Positions 1 to 11,000 of a stretch of 45,985 nucleotides of DNA are shown here, in pieces (within the stretch, counting starts at the first letter, position 1; the number at the start of each line of letters is the position of its first letter). The DNA comes from Leptolyngbyaceae cyanobacterium (GTDB taxonomy: Bacteria; Cyanobacteriota; Cyanobacteriia; Phormidesmidales; Phormidesmidaceae). The translations under genes and the position numbers were made by a program. Where the stretch lies: contig JBHJHA010000084.1 of NCBI GenBank assembly GCA_050331235.1, positions 1-45,985 on the forward strand. The letters run 5' to 3'. Below the pieces are notes generated by a model. That model was not told the origin of the DNA and made no database searches. It worked only from the letters and a program-made list of their open reading frames with translations.

Positions 1-260
1 CTTCGCCAAGCCCAAGCGGAACATGAAAAATAGGCTGATGCGGCTGACGGACAAGCTCTTGGCCCGAAAGCGCGCCATCATTGAAACCGTGATTGACCAA
101 CTGAAAAATATTTCGCAAATTGAGCATTCCCGGCACCGCAGTCCAACTAATTTCATGGTCAACCTCATCAGCGGCCTAATTGCCTACTGCCATCAGCCCA
201 AGAAACCAACCCGGCAACTCGAGTGGGCTTTGCCGGCTGCTGCTTAACCCGAACTGAGGT
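1..260 (+). mobile_element. IS982-family insertion sequence, right end (truncated by window start)
   Basis: The transposase C-terminus is followed directly by TAACCCGAACTGAGGT (245-260), resembling cyanobacterial IS982 right terminal repeats, then a T-rich flank. Confidence 0.8.
2..247 (+). CDS. IS982-family transposase, C-terminal fragment
   Basis: Frame open from position 2 ([13 protein letters not shown]...). Contains [26 protein letters not shown]...NLISGLIAY...PKKP, typical of IS982 DDE transposases. Confidence 0.88.
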   Translation, partial: FAKPKRNMKNRLMRLTDKLLARKRAIIETVIDQLKNISQIEHSRHRSPTNFMVNLISGLIAYCHQPKKPTRQLEWALPAAA

Positions 261-344
261 TTTTTTAGTTGGCCCCTAGGAACCCCTTTCATCCTTTCGC
301 TCAACCAGTGTTTAGGGAGGGATTGCTAGCTGTTGTCAGTCAGA

Positions 345-1418
345 TCATTGAGCTTCCTGTGACGCCTCGATCCAGTCATCAAACTGAGCCTGATTTTCTT
401 CTACCCAGGCTTCTGCGTGATTGCGGATTTGTTCCGGCGAATCTTCTCCCTCTCGAATGAGTTGATTTTGAGCGTTTACATCTGCGATCGACACCTTAAC
501 CAACTCGAAAAACTTAGCTGCTGCCGGATTTTGATCCACAAATGCTTGGTTTGCAACAATCATTTGGTCTTGCACGGCAAAGCCTAAATTTTCCCCGTCG
601 ACAGTGGTTTCTGATGCTGTGAGGTCATCTCCTTGTCCCTCAGGCAAAGACGTATAGGGGACCGATAGCCATTCAACCTCTTCGCCATCACTCAAAACAT
701 TTTGCAGCCAAAAGGGAGTGTAGGTGTAGTACAACACGGGTTGCCCCTGGTCATATCGAGCAGTAACATCTGCCAGTAACGTCACATACTTGCCCTGAAC
801 CTGCTGGACTGTGTCGCTCAATCCATATTCCTGAATATGGTGATCGATAATGGAAGCACAGAGCCAGCCGGCGTCACAGCCAATCAAGTTAGCTTTGCCG
901 TCACCATCGGTGTCAAATAACGCAGCTAACTCTGGATCTGACAACTGCTCAATTGAGGTGATGCCATACTCATCTGCGGTGGCTTTGTCAATCATATAGC
1001 CCTGCAGCGAGTCTTCGATGATGGAGCCAGAACGCTCTAAAGCTTCGTCACCCCCGCTATTTTCAAACAGCGCAGCTTGATTGACGCTCCAGTGAGCCGG
1101 CGTGAAGGTTATGTTTTCGTTCGACATGTCCAAAAAGAGCGCCGTATAATCAACCTCGCGTATGGACTCAATGTCGTAGCCAAGATTTTCTAAGCCAATG
1201 TTGACAATCTCAGTTTGAAAGCGCTCTTCTAAGGTGGCATAGGCCGGCACCACAGAGATCCCTTCACCCGGGAGTGCGGCACTATCAGTAGACGTTTCAG
1301 TGTCGTCAGACAAATTGGTGGAGCTATTGCAACCCACTGTGCTCAATGCAAGTAAAGATAGAAATGCTAGCAACTTAGGCAGCTTGCGCTGAGCGTAAAC
1401 GTTTGTTTTGGAGTTCAT
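345..1418 (-). CDS. proX: Glycine betaine/proline ABC transporter substrate-binding lipoprotein (ProX/OpuAC family)
   Basis: Lipobox LSTVGC; motifs QGYMIDKATADEYGI, FDTDGDGKANLIGCDAGWLC, YYTYTPFW and NPAAAKFFE. ATG at 1418 preferred over the TTG at 1481. Confidence 0.88.
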   Translation of the reverse strand: MNSKTNVYAQRKLPKLLAFLSLLALSTVGCNSSTNLSDDTETSTDSAALPGEGISVVPAYATLEERFQTEIVNIGLENLGYDIESIREVDYTALFLDMSNENITFTPAHWSVNQAALFENSGGDEALERSGSIIEDSLQGYMIDKATADEYGITSIEQLSDPELAALFDTDGDGKANLIGCDAGWLCASIIDHHIQEYGLSDTVQQVQGKYVTLLADVTARYDQGQPVLYYTYTPFWLQNVLSDGEEVEWLSVPYTSLPEGQGDDLTASETTVDGENLGFAVQDQMIVANQAFVDQNPAAAKFFELVKVSIADVNAQNQLIREGEDSPEQIRNHAEAWVEENQAQFDDWIEASQEAQ

Positions 1419-1652
1419 TCTAGAGGGCTTGGGGAAAATCAATATTGCCGAACGTCTGAACTTTGTGACCTTCGTCAGCAAAGTCGCGAAGGTCCGTAGG
1501 ACGCTCTTACGTTAGCTTGACAGAGAGACTAACAGATTGCAAATGGATTAAAAACACTTCGAATTTGCCATAGCTCGACAAAATGTATTCACTATTAGAA
1601 GCGAATTTTGGTTGGCGGTATTTCAATACTAGATAGTTGCGTTTGTTTGGGC

Positions 1653-1683
1653 TTGTTTGTCGACAAGAAGAGTCGACAAACAA
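1653..1683. repeat. Perfect 12-bp inverted repeat (hairpin or operator)
   Basis: TTGTTTGTCGAC-aagaaga-GTCGACAAACAA, between the psbJ terminator and proX. Confidence 0.6.
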
Positions 1684-1687
1684 CACT

Positions 1688-1716
1688 AAAAAGGCTGTCC
1701 ACTGAAGTGAACAGCC
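1688..1716 (-). terminator. Rho-independent terminator of psbEFLJ
   Basis: Minus strand reads GGCTGTTCAC-TTCA-GTGGACAGCC-TTTTT, about 36 nt after the psbJ stop. Confidence 0.75.
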
Positions 1717-1752
1717 CAAGATGACTTTACCCAAAATTGGCAAATCGATCAA

Positions 1753-1872
1753 CTAGACCGAAGAACCAACTCCCGCATAGGCACCATAAAAAAACAGACC
1801 AACAACAACGATTACGCCTGTTCCTGCTACGGTTGCCACAATCCAAAGGGGAATACGACCATTCTTAATCAC
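1753..1872 (-). CDS. psbJ: Photosystem II protein PsbJ
   Basis: Hand translation from [51 protein letters not shown] upstream. Confidence 0.96.
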   Translation of the reverse strand: MIKNGRIPLWIVATVAGTGVIVVVGLFFYGAYAGVGSSV

Positions 1873-1948
1873 AGCGATAACCTCCTACTCAAACTAATCA
1901 GCATAAAATCAATTAAGCTGCGCTCAGGCAGCGAATCGTTTTTTCAAC

Positions 1949-2068
1949 CTAGTTGAAAAAGTAACTGGAAAACAGCAGTCCAAGGACAAAAACCAGGAGT
2001 AACCCTAGATATAAAGATGTCCGGTTTAGTTCAACTGGCTGCTTATTGGGATTTTGATTCCGTTCCAC
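1949..2068 (-). CDS. psbL: Photosystem II protein PsbL
   Basis: Hand translation from [42 protein letters not shown]. Confidence 0.96.
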   Translation of the reverse strand: MERNQNPNKQPVELNRTSLYLGLLLVFVLGLLFSSYFFN

Positions 2069-2077
2069 CGGGGTCTC

Positions 2078-2209
2078 CTATCGCTGAATAAACTGCATAG
2101 CGGCGATCGCTCCCAAGAAGAAGACGCTGGGAACTGCAAGGGTATGAACGGCTAACCACCGCACCGTAAAGATGGGATAAACCGTTGGTTCATTAGTGCT
2201 GTTTGTCAT
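2078..2209 (-). CDS. psbF: Cytochrome b559 beta subunit
   Basis: Hand translation: [43 protein letters not shown], with the heme-ligand His. Confidence 0.97.
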   Translation of the reverse strand: MTNSTNEPTVYPIFTVRWLAVHTLAVPSVFFLGAIAAMQFIQR

Positions 2210-2248
2210 TCCTATTTCACCAATCTCATTAATTTTTCTAAGTAGGCA

Positions 2249-2497
2249 CTAGTTGCCTAAGAACTCTTTGATTTGTTGCTCTGCCTCATAGCGGTCAGAA
2301 ACAATCGGCAGCTCCATTTGGTTGCTTTGGTAGTACTCGTTAGGCCGAGGAGTACCAAAAGCATCATAGGCCAAGCCAGTGCTGACAAAGAGCCAGCCCG
2401 CAACGAACAATGCGGGAATGGTGATGCTATGGATTACCCAATAGCGGACGCTGGTAATAATGTCGCCAAATGGCCGTTCGCCGGTGTCACCTGCCAT
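2249..2497 (-). CDS. psbE: Cytochrome b559 alpha subunit
   Basis: [50 protein letters not shown]. Confidence 0.98.
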   Translation of the reverse strand: MAGDTGERPFGDIITSVRYWVIHSITIPALFVAGWLFVSTGLAYDAFGTPRPNEYYQSNQMELPIVSDRYEAEQQIKEFLGN

Positions 2498-2603
2498 ATC
2501 AACCTCTCGTGTAACGTCTGTCGTGAATGCTATTTCTTCATGATACGGAACTCATGAATCCATCACAAGTATGATTCTGAGTCTATCGCTGGATGGCTGA
2601 ACT

Positions 2604-3611
2604 TCATGCAGGTTCGGACTCTACATAACGCAGCAAGTAGCCATTTTGACCCATGATAAATCCCTGCTCCGGCGTATTAAACACGATGCGGTATAGATTA
2701 CTGGGTACGTCATCTACCTCAGCGTCCTTAAACCAAGTAAGACCAGCATCGGGGCTGAAGTAAAGGGTGCCGCTGCCACCAGAGACCCAAAACTCTTCCG
2801 AAGTCCGGAAAGCCGCATCCAGGAAACCCCAGCTAGTCGCCAATTCTGGCGTGATGGGTTCCTGCCAGTCGTCCTCTTCACCCGTGAGAGAAAACTGAAC
2901 TTGGCCGCCGCGCTCTAGCAGCCAAAGGCCACCATCTTTGTCAAAACCGATGTTTTGTAAGCGTCGGGAGCTATCCCGATTAAACGGATGCCACTCTAGA
3001 TCACCAGGACTCCAAAGGGAGTAGAAATTCCCCCTAGACGACACTGCCGCGTAGCTGCCATCGGCGCTGCGGTTCATATTCCGAACTACACCGACAGCCC
3101 CGAGCACGAGTCCTTTCCAGTTTTTTCCTGCATCACGGGACCGATATATTGCCCCTACGTCGGTGGCCAGCTCAGCTTCTTGGGGTGATAGTGCGGTCAC
3201 AAGCATCGGTTTGCCAGGTAGCTTATCGCTTAGCGGTATCCGCTCCCAAGTTTCGCCACCGTTAGTGGTATGGAGCAAAATCTGAGGTTGGCCCGCGACC
3301 CAGCCTTCATCCCCAATAAAGCTAACGGAGGTAAAGGTGAAATTCTTGTCGCCCAACTCGAGCGATCGCTGAGCCCAGGTTTTGCCGCCATCCTGGGTTT
3401 CCATCAGAGTGCTACGACTGCCCACTAACCAGCCGTGGTTGGCATCATCGGTAAAAGCAATATCGGAAAAGGTTGCCTCGGTATCTAAATGGACGACCTC
3501 CCAAGGATTTTCTTCCATATCAGGCAGAAAGGCGCTGCTACACCCAAAGCACAGCAGGGCTATAGCAATGATTGCGCCAACTTTTCTCAACTGAATTAAC
3601 AAACCACCCAT
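2604..3611 (-). CDS. ycf48: Photosystem II assembly factor Ycf48/HCF136
   Basis: Lipobox LCFGC, BNR-like repeats (TQDGGKTW, TTNGGETW), VSSRGNFY and SSRRLQNIGF; canonical position upstream of psbE. Confidence 0.96.
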   Translation of the reverse strand: MGGLLIQLRKVGAIIAIALLCFGCSSAFLPDMEENPWEVVHLDTEATFSDIAFTDDANHGWLVGSRSTLMETQDGGKTWAQRSLELGDKNFTFTSVSFIGDEGWVAGQPQILLHTTNGGETWERIPLSDKLPGKPMLVTALSPQEAELATDVGAIYRSRDAGKNWKGLVLGAVGVVRNMNRSADGSYAAVSSRGNFYSLWSPGDLEWHPFNRDSSRRLQNIGFDKDGGLWLLERGGQVQFSLTGEEDDWQEPITPELATSWGFLDAAFRTSEEFWVSGGSGTLYFSPDAGLTWFKDAEVDDVPSNLYRIVFNTPEQGFIMGQNGYLLRYVESEPA

Positions 3612-3663
3612 GCCAACTTAAGGTCCTAAGCCACTACAAAATTCAACGAAATTTCAGCGATCG

Positions 3664-4116
3664 CTATCGCAATCCATAAAGACTGAGAAAGAAAAAAAAT
3701 CCTAATGCTAAAGCCCCAAAAATAAGCACACTCTTCTGGCCTGGCGTCAAGCGATTCACACCAAGACCATAGTTGAGATTTTCCTTAAATCCTGAGGGAG
3801 TACCTGCAGGGCCCACATTGGCAAAGCGCTTTTTCTGGGCTCCACACACTGGACAGCGCCAGTTCAACGGCACCTCTTCAAACGGCACACCAGCGGCAAT
3901 GTTGCTGCGATCGTCTCCTTTGGCAGGCTCGTAGGTGTAGCCGCAGGCCAAACATTCAAACCGATCCATTTCATAGGGCGTTTTGGGTGTCGCCTCTATC
4001 TCTGCTTCTGAAGGCGTCGCCACTCCATCTTTAATGGATGCTGCGGTTGTACTCGCAGTTGCCGGTTCTTCACGGCTAGCGTTGACCTCATCTTGTTGCG
4101 TGGGTTCGGTCGACAT
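3664..4116 (-). CDS. rubA: Membrane-anchored rubredoxin RubA
   Basis: CLACGYTYEP...WRCPVCGA iron site, C-terminal TM helix, synteny with ycf48-psbEFLJ. Confidence 0.95.
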   Translation of the reverse strand: MSTEPTQQDEVNASREEPATASTTAASIKDGVATPSEAEIEATPKTPYEMDRFECLACGYTYEPAKGDDRSNIAAGVPFEEVPLNWRCPVCGAQKKRFANVGPAGTPSGFKENLNYGLGVNRLTPGQKSVLIFGALALGFFFFLSLYGLR

Positions 4117-4463
4117 GGCGCGCTCCTATTGCCTCCATCAGTTCTTACCATTCGCCAGTGGCTATAGCGATATGACACCCTAGCCATATCCGAAAAATGA
4201 AATAATTGTTACTAATTATGACATAGAACGTTTCCCGGTCCTGACTTCTCAATATGCATCATGACCAGAGGCTAACCATGATTGCCAGCCCCCACCAACT
4301 GACATCAAACGCCTCAGTGGGGCTTTCTGTGACATTCTCAAACTTCAGCAATCCCGTAGCAAAGAGTCGCCTATCTACAGATGGCTGAAGTTGTACGGAA
4401 TGTAAACTAAGATAGAAGCGCATATCGCACAACACCCCATGCAACTGTGAGCGAGGATAGACA

Positions 4464-4826
4464 GTGTTTGTCTTAAACGGATACGAATATTTTTTGGTTT
4501 TTCTCCTCTTATGTGGCTCAGTGCCTATTTTGGCTTTGGGACTCGCCTATTTCCTTCGGCCTAAGCGACAGGGGCCAGGTCGCAGAACCACTTATGAGTC
4601 AGGCATGGAACCAATTGGTGGAGCATGGATTCAGTTCAATATTCGCTATTACATGTTTGCCTTGGTGTTCGTTATTTTTGATGTGGAAACCGTCTTTTTG
4701 TATCCCTGGGCAGTGGCTTTCAGCCAGTTAGGATTATTGGCTTTCATTGAGGCGCTGATCTTTATCGCAATTTTGGTGGTCGGTTTGGTATATGCGTGGC
4801 GCAAAGGAGCATTGGAATGGTCATGA
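4464..4826 (+). CDS. ndhC: NDH-1 subunit NdhC
   Basis: [40 protein letters not shown]...WRKGALEWS. Confidence 0.98.
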   Translation: MFVLNGYEYFLVFLLLCGSVPILALGLAYFLRPKRQGPGRRTTYESGMEPIGGAWIQFNIRYYMFALVFVIFDVETVFLYPWAVAFSQLGLLAFIEALIFIAILVVGLVYAWRKGALEWS

Positions 4827-5554
4827 ATCCCGAAGGTAAGAGCTCAATGCTGGCTCCGAATGAGCGGCTAGCGAATCCTGTTGGGGCACCTACTGTTACC
4901 CAGGATTTATCTGAAAACGTCATTTTGACAACGGTGGACGATCTCTACAACTGGACTCGTTTGTCTAGTTTGTTTCCACTGCTATATGGGACAGCCTGTT
5001 GTTTTATCGAGTTTGCAGCCTTAATTGGCTCACGATTTGACTTTGACCGATTTGGCCTGCTACCCCGGGCTTCTCCCCGTCAGGCAGATCTCATCATCAC
5101 TGCTGGCACTGTCACCATGAAAATGGCACCGGCTTTGGTGCGCCTATATGAGCAAATGCCTGATCCTAAGTACGTTATTGCCATGGGTGCCTGCACGATT
5201 ACAGGTGGAATGTTTAGTGTTGACTCACCCACTGCCGTGCGTGGCGTTGACAAGCTCATCCCAGTAGACGTTTACATCCCTGGCTGCCCTCCGCGACCCG
5301 AAGCAATCTTTGACGCGATTATCAAGCTCCGCAAAAAAATTGCGACTGAGTCTTGGGCCGATCAGAGCAATATCGATCAAACCCATCGCTTTCATAGTGT
5401 GCAGCATCAACTGAAGCCCGTGTCACCGATTTTGACGGGGCAATATTTACGCAGCGAAGCTCGCGAGGCCCCACCCAAGGAGCTGATGGCGGCTATGGGG
5501 ATGCCTGCTGAGGTCATGTTGAAAGAAGTTAAGCAGGAGGAAACCGATGGCTGA
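4817..5554 (+). CDS. ndhK: NDH-1 subunit NdhK
   Basis: [29 protein letters not shown] and [11 protein letters not shown]. Start is ATG 4817 or 4823, overlapping the ndhC end. Confidence 0.97.
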   Translation: MVMNPEGKSSMLAPNERLANPVGAPTVTQDLSENVILTTVDDLYNWTRLSSLFPLLYGTACCFIEFAALIGSRFDFDRFGLLPRASPRQADLIITAGTVTMKMAPALVRLYEQMPDPKYVIAMGACTITGGMFSVDSPTAVRGVDKLIPVDVYIPGCPPRPEAIFDAIIKLRKKIATESWADQSNIDQTHRFHSVQHQLKPVSPILTGQYLRSEAREAPPKELMAAMGMPAEVMLKEVKQEETDG

Positions 5555-6077
5555 AGAGGAAAAGAGTCAGGAAACTGCCGAAGAAGAAAGTCAGATTGTT
5601 GAAGCTGGCCCAGTTTCAAAGTGGTTAACTGAAAACGGCTTTGGACATGATCATCTCGCGCCTGATCACCTGGGTGTGGAACTTTTAACCGTTGAACCGC
5701 AGTTCTTAATTCCGGTTTCTACGGCTCTGTATGCTTATGGGTTCAACTATCTGCAATGTCAAGGTGCCTATGATGAGGGTCCTGGCAAGCATTTGGTAAG
5801 CTTCTATCATCTTGTGAAGCTAGACGACAATGCCACTGATCCACAGGAAGTCCGCTTAAAGGTCTTCTTGCCTCGGGAGAATCCTCAAGTTCCCTCGGTA
5901 TATTGGATTTGGAAAGCGGCTGATTGGCAGGAGCGAGAAAGCTATGACATGTATGGCATCGTTTACGAGGGGCATCCTAACCTCAAGCGACTGTTGATGC
6001 CAGAGGATTGGGTAGGCTGGCCTTTGCGTAAGGATTACATCTCACCCGATTTTTACGAACTGCAGGATGCCTACTAA
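5547..6077 (+). CDS. ndhJ: NDH-1 subunit NdhJ
   Basis: [43 protein letters not shown]. Confidence 0.98.
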   Translation: MAEEEKSQETAEEESQIVEAGPVSKWLTENGFGHDHLAPDHLGVELLTVEPQFLIPVSTALYAYGFNYLQCQGAYDEGPGKHLVSFYHLVKLDDNATDPQEVRLKVFLPRENPQVPSVYWIWKAADWQERESYDMYGIVYEGHPNLKRLLMPEDWVGWPLRKDYISPDFYELQDAY

Positions 6078-6107
6078 GCATCAGGCCTGAATAATAAGCG
6101 GTAAAGC

Positions 6108-6143
6108 AAAGAGGGCGAGTCGATGGAACTGGTCCTCTTTTTT
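6108..6143 (+). terminator. Probable terminator of ndhCKJ
   Basis: AAAGAGGGC-GAGT...ACT-GGTCCTCTTT stem followed by a T-run, 30 nt after the ndhJ stop. Confidence 0.65.
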
Positions 6144-7026
6144 GCATTTGAGCGCAACCCATTTAGCGACCATAATATCGCGACACAACGCTACAGATTG
6201 CCGATTCTTGCTGCTGCCCCCGCTTGGCAAAAGGCGCTTTCAGCTTTTTTAAGTTGCTAGTGATTCTCAACAGGTTCTGGCGGCTAGATCGATGAATCGT
6301 CGATTTTCAAACAACGGATAGGCCGATCCGTCATCAGCACCATCAATCTAAGGGTTTGGAACTGTTGATTACGGATCGGCATCGACACATCGACAACTCG
6401 ACAATAGGCAGTTCTTAAAACTCGCTTCCAATTAATCGATGAACCCAATTGCCTTCGCGCTTAGCAGCTCAATCATTTGAAGCCGCCAACCTCTTTGCCG
6501 CATTAGTATGTGAGGCTAAAAGCCTGCCAGCCAAAAAAGCCGAGACGAAGAGTTCTATCAATAATCTCTATATTTGAGTTTCAGTATGCTCAATATATTT
6601 GCCAGCCCCTAAATACTCATTGGTTGTTCCAATTTCAGCCAAAATGGCTGATGCAAAGCAGCAATTTTTATTGATTAATCAACCTAGCAGCGATCGCATA
6701 ACTTGAAAAGATTAGGTTCTCTAGAAGTTTTTTGGAGAGTCGGGAGACTGCTGATATGCCGCATTTACGGCGACTCTGAGCACAAATCAGGACGGTTTTA
6801 GAAAATCTTTAAGAAGCCCAGAGTGTATTTACGTATATCTTTTGGTATAGACTGAATTTTCGAAAGCGTAGTTTTGCCCTCTAGTTATCTCTAGGTGAGA
6901 TGTCAGGGCGGCAATTATGGTCGCTTATCCATCGTGTGGTGTGTGAGCTACGAATTTGATTATCTGCAGAGAGGTCGAATCTTTGCAGGTGTGGCCTGAG
7001 GATGTGAACTTCGTCTCCTTAATAGA

Positions 7027-8037
7027 ATGTTGCGACTTGATTGGATATCATCCATTCCGAGTTTTGCATGCCGATTTACTATCGGATACATAGCTCGTTT
7101 ATATAAACGCCGGTATTTTTTATTGGCCGCGATCGCCTTCATTGCGGTTCAGTTTGTTCACAGCTGGGGAGATCTCCCCCAGCTTGGGACAGCACCAGCA
7201 GTGGCTCAAACCACGACCAATATTGTGAATCAGGCGGGGGGTGGCTACCTAGACGCCAATGGCAACCCGCAACGTGTGACCAGCAATCAGACGACACTAC
7301 AGGCCACAGAAACGCCTCCTCTGACCATTATCAAAACGGCTGATCGCGGAGCTGCTGAACCCGGTGATGTTGTCGTTTATCGACTCTTGGTGCGCAATCC
7401 CTCAGCTTTACCCGCTGGCCCGTTGACCATTACGGACGAGTTGCCGCTGGGGATGCAACTGATTGAAGATTCAATTCGTACATCACCGCTGCAGTTTACG
7501 TCGGTGACAACAAGCGATCGCAGCTTCACCTTGGACTTTGGCGGTGCATCTCTCGCACCTGGGCAAGAGCTTTCGGTGGTCTATGCAGCCTTAGTGACGC
7601 CGGATGCCGTTCGCGGTTCGGGGCGCAACGTGGCTCAGGCCAGCACCCCAACTAGCAGCAGCACCGCAACCAATGAGCTGGCAATTCGCCCGGGTATTTT
7701 GGCGGACTGCGGCACCTTAGTCGGGCGAGTCTTTGTGGATAAAAACTTTGATGGAGAGCAGCAGGCTGGAGAACCCGGAGTGCCTAATGCTGTTGTGTTC
7801 CTCGATGATGGCAACCGCATTTTGACTGACCCAGATGGTTTGTTCTCGCTGGCCAATGTAATTGCAGGGAACCGGGTCGGCACTTTGGATTTGACTAGTC
7901 TGCCGGGTTACACGCTGGCCCCTAACTTATATCGACTGGCTGATAATAGCCAATCGCGATTGGTGCGGTTAGAGCCCGGCGGCCTCGCTCGTATGAACTT
8001 TGGCGTCACACCTGCATTTGGGGAGGAGCAAGGGTGA
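7027..8037 (+). CDS. Secreted DUF11-domain protein with C-terminal SdrD-B-like domain (putative adaptor)
   Basis: Signal ending AVA/Q; DUF11 pattern LTIIKTAD...PGDVVVYRLLVRN...ITDELPLG...LAPGQ...GRNVA; then GTLVGRVFVDKNFDGEQQAGEPGVPNA...TDPDGLFS. The exact start is uncertain. Confidence 0.82.
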   Translation: MLRLDWISSIPSFACRFTIGYIARLYKRRYFLLAAIAFIAVQFVHSWGDLPQLGTAPAVAQTTTNIVNQAGGGYLDANGNPQRVTSNQTTLQATETPPLTIIKTADRGAAEPGDVVVYRLLVRNPSALPAGPLTITDELPLGMQLIEDSIRTSPLQFTSVTTSDRSFTLDFGGASLAPGQELSVVYAALVTPDAVRGSGRNVAQASTPTSSSTATNELAIRPGILADCGTLVGRVFVDKNFDGEQQAGEPGVPNAVVFLDDGNRILTDPDGLFSLANVIAGNRVGTLDLTSLPGYTLAPNLYRLADNSQSRLVRLEPGGLARMNFGVTPAFGEEQG

Positions 8038-11000
8038 TGAAAACACTTATTGCACTGATGGGCTGGTTGGCAGTTGGCGCACTAACTGCTGAGATCTCGG
8101 GAGTGGCGATTGCGCAATCGGTGGACGACGCGACTCCAATTGCCGCTGAGGCTCACAGTGGGCAATCACCAGATGATGTCATCGATATCGTTACGCTGGT
8201 TGAGCCAGCGGTTGCTGGTGACGCCGAAGCGGCTCAACCAGCAGCGGTCGCCACCGAGGCGTCGGCGCTGTCTGAGATTGAGGAAATGGGCGCCGATCAA
8301 TCTCTACCCGTAGTCATTGGCGATCGCGCTGCCGCTGAGGTGCCCGCGTCGGTAGGTGCCGATGCCATGGTGAGACCGCTGAGGCTGAACTCAGCCACTG
8401 ACGTTGATGGCCCGCCTGCTGCGACCACGGATGCAGATGATTCCAGGGAAACAATAGCGGGAACGGATACCGGCGTTGGGGAGTCCGACGCGATCGCCCA
8501 GTCTAACCCGCAGCCTTTGCCCGAGATTCCGGAAGATGCGGTGGAGCGCGAAGAGGAGACACCAGAGCTCAACATCAGTCTGACGCCGATTACGAGTCCC
8601 GTTGTTCCAGCCAACCGTCGTTCGACTATCGAATTTGAAGGTCGCATCACAGATGCTGCTGGCGAATTAATTCCCGAAGATGTCGTTGTCACTCTAACCA
8701 CCGCTGCCGGTGAGTTTCAGGGAGCGGACTACGACACCGATTTAGCCGGATTTCAGGTCTTAGCTCGGCAAGGGCAGTTTGGCGCAATTTTGCGTTCCTC
8801 TTTAGAAGCTCAGCCAGTTCGCATCAGAGCTGCGGCCTCGGCCTACGAGGCTCAGGGCATCGAAGAAACGGCAACTCTAGACCCTGTACCTGACTTGGAA
8901 ACCTTTGTCGAGGTTGAATTTGCCACCAACCTCCGGCCAACTTTGGTCTCTGGGGTCGTTGATCTACGGATCGGACCAGGTGGCACCAATTTTTGGGGCG
9001 GCTTCGCTGACTTCCTAGATCCCGACGACATTGGTGATACGGAGTTTGACCTGGGGGCCGCGCTGTTTGCTACCGGGAGCCTAGGCGACTGGCAGTTTAC
9101 CGGTGCGCTCAATACCCGTCGAGCCCTCAACGAAACCTGTGGTGACGGCAACCGTCTGTTTCGCAACGATCAGTTTTGCGACAATACCTATCCGGTCTAT
9201 GGCGACAGTTCCCAAACGGACTATCTGACGCCGTCTATCGATAGCTTTTTCGTGCGGTTTCAGCGCGACTCAGAGGTGGCGGGGGGTGAGCCTGACTACT
9301 TTATGTGGGGCGACTATGAAACCCGAGAGTTTTCTCGCTTTTCCCAAGAGTTTACGGCGATCACTCGACAACTCCATGGCTTTAAGGGCAACTACACCCT
9401 AGGTAATTTCCAAATTACCGCCATGTTTGCTAATAACCTCCGCCCCTTTCAGCGCGACACGATCGCTCCGGACGGTACAAGTGGTTTCTACTTTTTGTCT
9501 CGGCGTGTCATCCTTCCCGGCAGTGAAAACGTCTTCCTGGAAACTGAAGAGCTTAATCGTCCAGGCACCGTGATCGAACGCCGACAGCTAGCTCGGGTAA
9601 GCGATTACGAAATTGACTACGATCGCGGTACGTTGCTGTTCCGTCAACCGATTTATCGGACCCGCGTTGATCCCTTGGGCAAAACCCTGGTTAACCGTAT
9701 TGTGGTTACCTATCAGGTTGATCAAGACAATGATGGCAGTCTGTATGCGGGACGCTTGCAGTACAACTTTAAGGCCGGCCAACCCAATCTTGGTGGTTGG
9801 GCTGGGGTGACACTGCTCACCGAAGATCAAGGCGACCAAGACTTTACGCTATATGGCGCGGATGTGCAGGTGCCATTGGGCGAAACGGGCTCCCTCACGG
9901 GTGAATTTGCCCGCTCTTCATTTGATCGATTTGGTGAATCAGCCGACGGCAACGCCTATCGGTTAGAGGCCCAGGGTCCTCTTTTTACCCCAGCGGTGCA
10001 GGGTTTGGCCTATTTGCGCAGTGCCGAAAGTGGCTTCACTAATACGGCGACCACCAGCTTCCGACCGGGACAAACCCGCTGGGGGGCGGCGGTCAACGCC
10101 GCTGTGAGTCCAACGACACGGCTCAATGTCCAGTTTGACCAGGAAATCAACCGAGGGAAGGCTCCTGAGGTCCTCACGGATTCTGAGAGCCTATTTAACC
10201 CAGGACAATTTGCCGAGCCGGGCGAGCGGGTCGACAATACCCTAACGACCTATCGGGCCGGCGTCTGGCAAGAGTTTGGCTCGGTGGATGTGGGTCTGGA
10301 TTATGTCAACCGCGATCGCCGCGATCGTCGCGCCGACACGACAACTAACTCACAGCAATTTGTTCCTCAACTAGCCATTCCGCTTTCCTCAGACCTAAGT
10401 TTCCGGGCTCAGAGTGAGATTAATATTGGCGACGACGATGACATTGCTTACCCCGATCGCACGACCCTAGCCCTGGATTGGGCGGTGCAGCCCGGCGTCA
10501 CCATGCGCCTGTCCCAGCAGTTCATTAGCAGTAGTGGCGCTAATCCGCGCAATATCACTAGCCTCGACACCCTGGTGGATTACGAACTGGGCGACAACAC
10601 TTCGCTCCGCAGTCGATATTCACTCATTGGTGGTTATGGCGGCTTGATCGGGCAAGCGGCACTGGGACTCAACCACCGGATTGTCCTGGCTCCAGGCTTA
10701 CGAGCAACCCTGGGCATTGAGCACGTCATCGACGATGCCTTTAACAATACGGGGGCCGGTCAACAATTTGAGCAGCCCTATGCTGTCGGCCTCGGCGGCA
10801 CAGCCCTAGGCATTCTTGGCGGTACCGCCTACTCAGTTGGTTTGGAATACACTACCAACCCAGATTTCCAAGCTAGCGCCCGCGTTGAGCATCGGGATTC
10901 CTCCTCGGGAAGCAACACGGTGTTTACCGCAGCGGCGGCAGGCAAGATTACCAACGCGTTGACCAGTTTGTTCCGGTTTCAAACGGCGAACTTTGCCAAC

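Noticed and set aside
1507..1752. 81-aa ORF downstream of psbJ
   Set aside because: It spans the terminator and palindrome, starts with TTG and has no recognisable motif; likely spurious.
4208..4225. HLR1/RpaB-like repeat GTTACTAA-tt-ATGACATA between rubA and ndhC; similar TTACA words upstream of cpcB
   Set aside because: Too many mismatches in AT-rich DNA to call without a position weight matrix.
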